Origin: Moniliella sp. 'wahieum' | Lineage: Eukaryota | Direction of reading: 5' to 3' | Assembly (NCBI GenBank): GCA_003971905.1 | Contig: RSEE01000049.1 | Coordinates: 486,425-506,424 of the forward strand | Length of the DNA stretch: 20,000 nucleotides | Part shown: piece by piece, positions 8,122 through 18,607 of the stretch | Layout: every line of letters starts with the position of its first letter | How positions within the stretch are numbered: position 1 is the first letter of the stretch | Position numbers and translations under genes: made by a program | Notes under the pieces: model-generated | Told to the model about the DNA's origin: nothing | Databases searched by the model: none | The model's input: only the letters and a program-made list of their open reading frames with translations

Positions 8122-10756
8122 TTAGAGGGTTGCGAGCGAGGCCCGGGTGGGCTTCTTGAGGGTCTGCTTCTTGGCCAACGCCACATCGTGAGGCAGGGCC
8201 ACCACAATGTTGCGCGAGTTGTACCCATACTCATCTTGGACAACCGTATCGGCGTAACGGCGGATCTGGTAGTCGTGCGTCTTGCCTCGCTTAACCGACT
8301 CAAACGACCACGCAATAACAAACGGCCCTGACGAGGTCACAATCGAGGTCTCGTCGTCCTCTCCCACATCGAACCGAGCCGGGGTGAACTCGACGCCCTG
8401 GCCCATATACGCGACATGGTGTGGCTTAAGCTGCAACCGGCGCGGAACAGGCTTCGAGTTGGCAGGGAATGATTTGTCAAAGCCCAAACTACCCGCCCAG
8501 CGACCATCGCCAATCAGAGTGTCGATAAGCAAGAGATAAGTCTTGCACGTCGCCAAAACGTACCGCCCGTCGGACGTGACGTCCACTCCAGTGATCGGGT
8601 CACCCAGCGCAGGAAGCGCCGTCTTGGCATTCTTACCAATCTTGTCGAACAAACGCAAGTCACCCTTGTTGGAAGCGACCACGAGTCGCCCAGATGCATC
8701 GGTGGCAGCCGAGGAAAAGTCAGCCTTGGTGGCATACTGCTTGAACTGACTGTCGACCAACTTCTGGCCCGATACACGAGGGTCAATCCGGTAGACCGCG
8801 TTGTGGCTTGTACCAACCAGTGTCTGCTCGGATGTCATCTGAGCGAACTTGGCCGAGGGGATCACGTTGGCCACTTCGACGTCCTCATGAATCCCCCACT
8901 CCTCAACCACCTTTCCATACTCCAAATCCATCTTGAAGACCGAGTGTTGGTTGCTAGGATCCATCAGTACCATAGCCGTATCCGAGTCGTGGAGCATAGC
9001 CTTGCGCGGGTTGAATGCGTTGCCCCCCGGTGTGGAGACATTGTTGATCGTCGTCGAAAACTCTAGGCCAGGCTGGCCTCTGAGCCATTAGACGTCTTAA
9101 ACACTCCAATCCGGTTACCGCGCACGACGAATGCACGATCGTTCTTGTAGCCAATCGCCAGCTGGGAGTTCAGTTCCCTAGCCAAGGCGTCCGTCTCGTT
9201 GGGCATCCCCTCCGGCGCATCTCCCTCATTGCCCGCGTCGTCTTCTGGTTCCTCCTCCTCAGAAACCTCGTCTTCCTCCTCGATCGGGTTAATGGTCTCA
9301 CCCAGTGCTTGGTCGATCGCCGCATCGTCCTCCTCGTCCTGGTCTGCGTCGGGCATGTCGACATCTTCCTCATGCTTCGTAGAGGTACTTCTGCTCATCC
9401 GGCTTGAGCTTGGACAGAGGAAGTTCATTCAGGGTTTGCCACAGGCAAGCGCTGAATCCGTGCTGGAACTGCTCGTACGCTGGGCGCTTGTAAAAGCGCA
9501 ATAGCCACGAGTAGTACAGCACCTTTCCTTCGTCATTGGTGGTAAAGTAGTTCCATACTGCACTCAGATTGTCCGCAGCAAAGTTCATGTTCATGTCTGC
9601 CGACACACGCTGAGAGAGCCAGAGCCGGCTCTGTCCATCTTCTTTGGGGGAAGACTGAACAGTCATCCAGAACATGTACTGGCCGGCTTCCACGACCTTG
9701 GCAACAGCGTTCTTCTCCTGGCTCATAAACAATCCCGAAGCCTCGTCATACAAGTACAGATCCGCGACCGCTTCCACTGCCACAGGGTTGCCTGTTTCTT
9801 CAGCCCCAGGCACAATGGGGGGCAGGTTCTCGGTCGGAGCGGCCGGGACCAATGGTTTGCTCTCTGACACAGACACCGCCGCAGTCGATACAACGCTTAC
9901 ATCCCCGCGCCCGCCGCCTCCGTTGCCTCTGTATTCTTGGCTGGGGTAGCAGGGGCCGATGGGGCAGCCACTGACTTGGCTGCAGGTGTGCTGGCTGACT
10001 CTGTTGAGCCGCAGTGGAGCGCGCTGGGGTAGCAGGAGTGCCAGGGACCGACGGGGCTGCCACCGACTTTGCCGCAGGCGTGTTGAACTGAGTCGATGGG
10101 GTCGCACTGGGGCGCAGTGGGGTGGCCGGAGCGGCGGGGATCGAGGGATAAAGACGGGGAGGTTGATATTGAGAGCATCGAGATCCTCATCGGAGGCCTC
10201 CTGGTGAGGACGGTTGTACTTGCGCTCGTAGCAGCACTGGAGGTAGGTCACCTCGAAAATCGAGCGGGTTACGGCATTGACCTGCTGTCCATCCACGACA
10301 AACTGGTACAAGTCTTCGTCCGGCGTGTCAGTGGCAGGAGTGGTAGGCGAAATGAGGGCCGACGAGCTCATATCCAATTCTTCACCCAGATCACGCCAAA
10401 CCAATGTCGGCTCGTCCGGCTCATCCGTATCGTGTGCGCCGGGATCAGCGCGCAAAGTGGACAGGCGGAAGGCGAGCGAAGGGTCAATGAGGAACGATTT
10501 TTCGTCGTCTGACTCATCGTCGTCGTCGAGAAGTGCCTGTCACCCTCATCGTAAGCGCGGGTGATGACCAGCTGGTAGTTGAAGGGGATGCTGGTGCGGC
10601 GGATGGTGGCGACGGCGTCCTTGTAGATGCACTCACGGGCGCTCTTGATCGCCCCGGAGCGGACGAGAGGTAGAGCGCACCCGCAGGAATCTGGATCAGC
10701 TCAGCGTTGTTCTCGTCGCCCCAAATTTTGCCAAAGAGGGACTTGAGCATGAACAT
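8122..10756 (-). CDS. VID27: Vacuolar import and degradation protein 27 (PH-like domains, acidic linker, beta-propeller)
   Basis: Starts MFMLKSLFGKIWGD. Motifs ECIYKDA.ATIRRT..PFNYQLVITR, SAVWNY..YSWLLRF, NSQLAIGYKNDRAFVVRGNRIGVFK, MLHD.D..M, KMDLEYGKVVEEW, GDLRLFDKIGKNAKTALPALGDPI.GVDVTSDGRYVLATCKTYLLLID, FTPARF. Many indels are present, and the exact stop (about 8070-8122) is uncertain. Confidence 0.93.
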
Positions 10757-10882
10757 GACGGGCAAGGGTACCAGGAGATGGTGGCGTGAAAAAGAAAGCT
10801 GTGGCGAGATGCGATGGCTTTGACGGGCGTTTGAACGTAGAACAGCCACCAACGCAAAGAAAACATTGAAGCCACGTCTCCC

Positions 10883-10914
10883 AATTCCGCTGGGGTCCGG
10901 GCGCCAGCGGAATT
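10883..10914. promoter_or_regulatory. Perfect 11-bp inverted repeat AATTCCGCTGG-N10-CCAGCGGAATT in the VID27/RPT1 bidirectional promoter
   Basis: Directly visible, near the middle of the 265-bp divergent intergenic region. Confidence 0.55.
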
Positions 10915-11021
10915 AGATGTGGCGGACTGGCGACGCGTGGACTATATTGGCGGTTGGTACTGTAGGTCCTGAGTTGCCCTCTCCACCCCGCCGCCGCCAC
11001 CACCACCTCGCCTCCTCCATC

Positions 11022-12432
11022 ATGCCGCCCAAGGCCGACTGGGAAAAGTACGAAAAGCCCGACAGGACTCTACCGAGGACGATGGCCCCATTGTGCCGCT
11101 GGACGAGAGTGACATCCAGATCCTCAAGACCTATGGCCAGGGGCCTTATGCCCGCGCACTGAAGGATATTGAGAAGGAGATCAACGATGTTCAGAAGCGG
11201 GGTAAACGACAAGATGGGTGTGAAAGAGTCTGACACGGGGCTTGCTCCGCGCAACCTGTGGGATTTGGCAGCCGACAAGAAGCGGCTGGAGGAAATGGGT
11301 CATCTGCAAGTGGCCCGCTGCACCAAGATCATCCGCGGTACCCGCCTGAACCCGCTTCCGGAAGTGGTGGGGCAGGTGGGGAAGTGGTGGATTGAGCGAC
11401 TTGATGAACTCCATGTCACCCTTTGGTCGCTCCCGCGCGCCCAAGGTGGACGAAGAGGATAAGTACGTGATCAACATCAAGCAGATGCCAAGTTTGTTGT
11501 CTCGCTCAACAAGAACGTCGCACCAACCGACATTGAAGAGGGAATGCGGGTTGGGGTGGACCGCAACAAGTATCAAATCATGCAACCTCTCCCTCCCAAG
11601 ATTGATCCAGCGTGACGATGATGATGCAGGTGGAAGAGAAGCCGGACGTGACCTATTCCGACGTTGGCGGCTCCAAGGAGCAGATTGAGAAGCTGCGCGA
11701 GGTGGTGGAGACGCCACTATTGAATCCAGAGAAGTTTGTGGACTTGGGGATTGACCCGCCCAAGGGTGTGCTTCTCTATGGTCCTCCTGGGACTGGGAAG
11801 ACGCTTTGTGCCCGAGCGGTGGCCAATCGAACCGATGCCACCTTCATCCGCGTCATTGGTTCGGAGCTTGTCAAAAATACGTGGGCGAGGGGGCGCGAAT
11901 GGTGCGGGAATTGTTCGAGATGGCCCGGTCCAAGAAGGCATGCATCATCTTCTTCGATGAGGTGGACGCGATTGGAGGTGCCCGTTTTGATGATGGCGCC
12001 GGTGGGGATAATGAGGTTCAGCGGACGATGCTTGAGCTTATCAACCAACTCGAGGCTTTGATTCCAGGGGCAACATCAAAGTTCTCATGGCGACCAATCG
12101 GCCCGACACACTCGACCCAGCTCTGTTGCGTCCCGGACGGCTGGACCGCAAGGTTGAGTTTGGTCTGCCCGACAATGGGGAAGGGCACATATTCTTCGCA
12201 TTCACGCACGCAGCATGTCGGTGGAGCGAAACATCCGCTTCGAACTCATCGCACGTCTCTGTCCCAACACGACCGGAGCCGAGCTCCGGTCCGTGGCCAC
12301 TGAGGCCGGCATGTTCGCCATTCGCGCGCGCGCAAGGTCGCCTCCGAACGTGACTTCCTCGATGCCGTCGAGAAGGTCGTCCGCCAGGGCTCCAAGTTCT
12401 CATCCACCTCGTTGTACGCCCAGTACAACTAA
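11022..12432 (+). CDS. RPT1: 26S proteasome regulatory AAA-ATPase subunit Rpt1 (PSMC2/Cim5)
   Basis: Starts [10 protein letters not shown]. Motifs [68 protein letters not shown], Walker A GPPGTGKT, Walker [58 protein letters not shown]. Ends YAQYN* (TAA 12430-12432). It is intronless and carries multiple indels. Confidence 0.97.
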
Positions 12433-13244
12433 TCCCATGCATCTGATCACAATCGCTGTGCGAGTTGGGGCTGTGTGAACCCCACCAGGTCCCAGGGGCT
12501 GATCGAGTTGATCAGGCTGAGGAACAGGCGTCATATCTTCATCATAGCTGATGGCTAGTTCAGCCATATGAAGCGAGCACAAATGCCACAGGTCAGGTAA
12601 TTGAATGTCGGCCCTAACCCTTTGGCCCGCGCCTCCAAAAATGTAGTCTCCTTGCGCCCTTTACCACCAACATCGCCGCCGAGATGTTGGAGAGGAAGAT
12701 GCCCCCAATGATTAACGTAACCTACAACGCCGCCTCAGCCTCTATCTCTGACCCTACATCCCTCTCTTCAGGCTTCTCAGTGGCACATGTAGGTGCAAAA
12801 ATATTCAAGGAGAGTAGGCGCAGAACTGCCAACGGAATCGATGTGAACTACACTAGCTGCCAGGGACGAGCATCTGCTATTGTTACTAGACAGAGGGCTC
12901 AAAAGGTTGGCCGCTATAAAAGCCTTCCTAATCATCTACAGGCCCCGGGCCGCTTTAATTGGTGGCAGGCACACGCACGTCCATTGAAGGACGGGCAGAG
13001 AGGCAAAGGTGTTTTTCACAAACCGCATATCAGAAAGAGGGGAGGGGATCGACAGAAAAACGACACGACGCGGGTGGGAGAGCGAACGAGAAAGACAAAC
13101 AGTATAATGAGACGGATCAGAGGCAGGGTACCACCAAGCAGCGTCCGCAGGGGCCCACATTCCTATAGTCCGAACCATGCCAGCCGATTCTACTAGAAAA
13201 CAGATTCTAACAAGCTGTGGATATCAAACACAGATCAGAGCGCG

Positions 13245-16200
13245 TCAAGTGTGGCCCATGTCCGTCGCCTCAATCGACACGGAGGCGGAACTGGCATTGG
13301 ACATGCAGGAAAAGGGTAGGTCCGATCCCTCTTGTTGTCTCGCCTGCTCCCCTTCTTGTGCATCCGGCTCCGTATAGCCTCTCTGGGAAGAAGGAAATGA
13401 AGACGGCGCCTGTCTCGCGGGGGGAGCGGGGCGTGTACGCATCGGCAGCTGAGAAGGGTCGGTGAGGGGTGATTTCCAGCCCAGGAGACGGTGGTCGGGC
13501 CTGGGAGAGGGTGCGGTCCAGGGCCGTTCTGGTCATCTTCAGAGGTAGGTAGGGGTGGTAAGCTGTCGCAACCTGGGGGGGAGGAGGTATTGGGACAGTC
13601 TGTCCCCGCCTCGCCTGCTCGGACGAAGAAGTCAAGGCCGAGGAAGGGGAGGAAGCAGAGGAGGTGGAACGGAGACTGCTCATATTGAGGGCTTACCAGC
13701 CAGGGGAGACTTGCGCATAGGTACATGCTGCGTTCCTCCTCACTACCACCGGCCCAGCGCAAAACCAGGAACCTGCAACGTCATCTTGCTCGTCGACCCC
13801 TTCTGCCGGTGAGGTCGGTGCACCTTCCACCGATGGAAGCGGGGGAGAGGGAAGAGGATAGAGAAGGGGAGAGACGTAGAGGCGGAGGCAGCAGCACTAG
13901 AATGCGCGCGGAGGCGTTTGTTGGAGCGTTCTCCCTCTGAAGGTTCGGGCTTGGCCAATGGTGCCCCCTCGGGGTAGATGGAAGTAGGATTTTGGAATGC
14001 TGCGGTAAAGTCGCCAACGGCTCCCAAGATGGTGAAGAGGTACGCTGGTCACCTAGGTCCACAGGGGCCAGCGCACCAGGCTCGTTCGGAGCCAATGCCG
14101 TTTCCCGATGCCCTGCTGACCATACAGGGTTGAGGGAAAGTGAACCACCCTCTTCGTTAGAAGGACCCGGGGTATCCGAATGGAAAATGTGGGATAAACG
14201 GTTGGACCAGCGACGGCGTTCCTTGGTTGATTTCCTTTCTGAAGATGGATCTGCAAGCACGGGCAAGGAGCGAGGACGAAAGAGTGACGCGGTGTGCGTC
14301 CGGGCAGATCCTTCTTTCTTCCCGGATATTGGAACGACGGACGGCATCCTGGTTTCCAAGGGGGCAGACGAAGACAGTATAGAATGGGACGATGGGTACC
14401 CTGCCCCGCCCATCGGATTGGGGGGCGGTGCAGCTGGGGCACGGTTTGGCTTCTACTTGCCTGGTCCAGGGCAAGGTAGGCGGGCTGCGCTCGATCCTAT
14501 CGTAGTTCTCGCCGGAGATCTCAACCCCTGTTGCTCCACGTCCAGGAATGGGGGTGGTGGGGAAACGGAGACAATGGAGGAGGCAGATGTGGAGGGGGCG
14601 GGAGATGGGCACAGGCCATAGGGGTCGGATTGGGTCACTTTGCGTCCGGCCACGCGGACAAACGCCGAAGGCATGGGTGATGGTACCGCGGAATGACAAG
14701 GGGGGGATGGAGGAGGAGGCGGAGGAGGAGAAGGAGAGCAGGGTGAGGGGCAGGAGACGAAGCGGCGTGGGTAGTTTGGGGTTGGGTGGTTGAAATAGAG
14801 CCATCGGGTACTGTGACAACCCCTGGCGGAGCAAAACTCTCCTCAACAATCGAAACGGAAGAGACATGTACCGGGAACTGAGCGCTCTGAGATGCGCCTC
14901 CCTCTACCGCGTCTGGGTGAGCTAAAGAGGATGGCGTGAGGGCTGAGAAACCCATCAAGTGATACATCGAGGACGCGCTCAGAGGCCGGGGAAAGAAGGA
15001 CGATGTACTACGTGGACGGGCGGTAGTAGAGCAAAGAGTCGGTTGGCCCAAGGATCCCGTTTGAATTGTCCCATCCTCGGCAATTTGTTCACCATCGAGG
15101 GTAGAACGGAAAGAGTGACGCAGCAGCTTCGCCTTTTCGGTCCAAGAGGATTCGGGGCGGGAGCGGAGCTGAGGGCTGTGGCTTTGGGCAGGAAGATTGG
15201 AAGTAGGAAGAGGAAAGAGGGTATAGTTCAGTACCCAGCGGGCCTTCAGTTGAGTGAGAATCGTACCCCACCCCGTTAGGGCTGAGTCCTCCACAACCAC
15301 CTCGTACGGGTGTGGGTGTTGAGAATCAAATGAGAGCCAGGTGAGAATGCGAACGAGACCTTGGCCAATTTTGGAGAGAATGAGGAGCACGAGGACAAGA
15401 AGCATTACGGCCAGCATGACAAGGAGAACGTACGCTACCCAGTCAGCTGTGGTGGGGGCAAGGGAGATGGCAGGACAAAGTAGCAGGACCAAGAGCCCTC
15501 CCATGGGTCGAATGAGGGTAAAACGAACAGCGTAAATCCGTTGGTGAACGTAGGACTTGTCGAGGAGGAAAACAATTTGGATGCACGCTTCGAGGCCAAG
15601 AAGGAAAAGATACATACGGCGGCACGTAGGAGGTCAAAAACGAACAGGATGATTGCCTGGGCCGTCCCGGATCGTTGCCCTGCACCGATAACAATGCCAG
15701 TACAGAGCGATCCAAGAAAGTGCATCTGGCCCATGCGCAGACCTTTCTGCGGGGAAGACCAGGAATGGTATAGGGGCCCCAGGGCCAATAGCACGGCCCG
15801 ATCCCACGCCACATCCGAGTCGATAGAGTGTAGGTGCCAGAGGGCTCCCATGGGAGCCAAGAGGGAGAAGAAGATGAAGGTGACGATGGCCATGGCCCGC
15901 GTGTGGTCTTGGTAGGTACTAAACTGGTATGTGCTCATCACCGTCAGGGGAAAGTGAAAGAGAATCAAGAGGCGAATGAGGTTGCCCTGCATGGCGGCCA
16001 AGTGCTCATCCACAACGTCTTGCATACGAAGCTTGTGAGCCGCATGCCCAGGTTGGTGTGAACGCGGTGGCAGCGTTTCCCCTCCTCTTCGGGCAGAGTG
16101 GTCGAAACAGGGGTATGCTCACCCCGTTTTCTCCTGGAAGTGGTACAGGCGATCCAACTCATGTGCCCCACCCCGACCACACAGCTGACGACAACCAAGG

Positions 16201-17641
16201 CTGCGACAACAATGAGGAAAAGGCTAGTGCACGTCCCGAATCCGTCTTGAGGATGCAGCCGGGCCATGCGAAGCAGGGCGGGCAACCCTTGATGCGAACC
16301 TGACAGGTTGAGGATATTTGGTCGTGCGGCGGGAACCAACGCGCTCGTCGGACGTGGAGGAAGGTGGAATGCCCAAGTAAAGCGGGCTGGAGGTATTGCT
16401 CATCATCTGGTCTTGGGCCCATGCATATTCCCCCTCTGGCAGGGGCGAAGCGACCAACAGAGGATCGTACCGGATCCCCCGGGTTGGTGGAGGTGCTGTA
16501 CCAGCTTCACATCCCCCAGCAGGAACGTCCACAGTACTTGTTTCAGCACTGGGTACACAAACTCGGGCCAATCCACCGCCACCATGGCTAAAGCGGCGGC
16601 CCACTGGAAGAAAAGCCATACATCTGTCAGATTCGGGGTGACAAAGCGGTGTAGGGAAGGAGAGGTAAGAAGATGATGGCCGCGCGAAAGCAGTAGACGC
16701 GATCGACGCTATGCCTTCTTCCGACGCTCGCTTTTCCGCATGGAGGGAACTGCTGCCGCCCAGGGACGAGCCAAAACGGAAAGAAGAAAGAAGCTGCCGG
16801 CCAGGCAGATGGGTAGGGCAAAGAGCAGATGCCAGTACCAGGTTGAGGGTAAGTACTGAGCCAGCGCTATCTCGATACAGCCCATCGTCTGTGTTGGACT
16901 GCCGGACATTAATTCCATTGGTATGGATCGTGCCCAGAGGATAGCGGTGGTGGAGAGGAATTTGAACCCCAATCCCGATTGTGCCCGGGCCATAGGAACA
17001 GGACTGGAAATCACCTGCGAGCGGGTGGGACGGGTCCGGTCTCACGGGCACCATGGACTGGCACAAGCTGGTGACATGGTCTGAGATGGGAAAGGTAGCA
17101 AAATGGGTGTGGGTAGAAACCGAGCCTGAGAAGAGAATGTGAGTTAGCCAACAAGTGTTTCCATTTCCTCTCGTCGGCTGTGACTCGAATCGCTCTATAC
17201 GCACTGACAATGCTTGACCCATTCTGCACGGCACTGGCCGGGGAGGGGGTAGTGCCAAGGGCCACCAGCTTGAGCACGTACGGGGGAGATGCGTCTGGGG
17301 CATTGCTGAATTCTGAGGGAGCCAGGAGAGTAAGGTAGACAGCGTCAAAGTGGAACTGCTGTACCAGTGGAGCCTGGTGGCGGACAGGTACGGAGCATGA
17401 GGTGAACCATTGGTCTGGCACGACGGAGTGGATGCGTGCCGGGTGGCCACTAGTCCGTTAGGTAGGGCGCGATACGGACGCAAAAGCGTCCAAGGCACGG
17501 TCGCAACAGGCGCTTGGGGGGCTGCCTCCACGGGGCTTACGACGGCCAGCGGTAGCAGGAGCAGCAAGCACAGGCCCAGACGGGCCAGGCAGCTGCTGGC
17601 TTCCCAGACCGTCGCCACCGCTGGATGGAGCGGGCGGCCAT
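13245..17641 (-). CDS. Flc/Pkd2-type TRP-like membrane protein (ML-like TRP_N domain, TRP transmembrane domain, long Ser/Pro-rich tail)
   Basis: ATG at 17641 with a signal/TM stretch CLLLLLPLAVVSPVEA. Lumenal domain SLCQ..CSYGPG..G...PL...YPLGTI. TRP-family motifs QWAAALAMVAVDWPEFVYPVL, GLPA..RM, QGNLIRLLILFHFPLTVMSTYQF, LLALGPLY, GIVIGAGQRSGTAQAIIL. It is pieced together across many frameshifts, and the 3' end is approximate. Confidence 0.8.
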
Positions 17642-18096
17642 ACTAATGGCGGGGTGGTGGGGCCCTCCTGATGGCCGACGGAGGCGGAGGGAGGCGGTGG
17701 GTTGCTCAGCGCCAGTGGGTGTGGGGGCGGGGGGTTGCTGAGCAGTGAATGGCAGAGCGCCGATGCGGCTGCTTGTGGTTGGTACTACTGCTACTAGGGA
17801 CGGCGTGCTAGGATCGGATGGCTGTGTACACCAAGCACCGTACTCCGGCTGCGGAGAGGCGTCTGGGAGGGGCGGGAGATAGTCGCTAGATATACAATCC
17901 CACCCGGCGGCTCCAAACCAGCCCAAGTGGGTGGTGGTGGTGGGATGAGCGATCGATGAGCTCCATGCGATGAGCACTGCGCGAGTGATGCGCCTCAGTG
18001 CCAGTGACTAGTGACTGGTGATTTGCCTGCCGCTGTCTCTCCGATGCCAGGCGCCAGCAGTCCAGCTGCCCTAGTGCCCCAGTCGGGGGGCATGAC

Positions 18097-18123
18097 CATC
18101 ATGCATCATGCATCATGCATCAT
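18097..18123. repeat. Short tandem repeat (CATCATG) x about 3.9, within a CAT-rich tract running to about 18150
   Basis: catcatg catcatg catcatg catcat read directly from the sequence. Confidence 0.75.
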
Positions 18124-18607
18124 CATTCATCGATCATCAACCATCGCATCAGTCCCGCCACACGCTCATCCATCCCGCTCCCCCCATCTTGACGCGACCA
18201 CGCTGGGGCGGCCTAAGCATGCAGATGTTCGTCGCAGCGCCAGGCGTGCGGGTGGCACACGTGGGCCTGCTTCACTAGCTCTCGACAGTTCCGAGACTCC
18301 CAGCTGGCACAGGACACTCTCACTACAGGATACCATCAACCCACCACCTCCAGCGCCGAGCCGATGCCAACGGGAAAGGGTATGTCGTCGTGACGAGGGG
18401 AGAAGAGGTAGGACAGGGCAGAACAGGGGGTAGGAGGGCAGGACAGTAGGGCCAAGAACAGCGGGGCAGGCAGGGGCTGGGCAGGTGGCAAGATACCACC
18501 CACGCCCAAGTGCACGGGTGGACCGTACCATGTTGCTCGCTTGACACACGTCTCGCCCCCCAGCCCAAGAGCGAGGTAGCAAGAGCTGGGTCGGGGTCGG
18601 GGTCGAG

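Noticed and set aside
10780..11000. Several GTGGC/GCCAC cores resembling Rpn4 PACE elements upstream of RPT1
   Set aside because: None matches the full GGTGGCAAA, and two are explained by the CCA-rich leaders, so the evidence is too weak to call.
12684..13196. 170-aa plus-strand ORF in the RPT1/TRP intergenic region
   Set aside because: No family was recognised, the composition looks random and the 3' half mirrors the opposite gene's 3' UTR. A small gene is not fully excluded.
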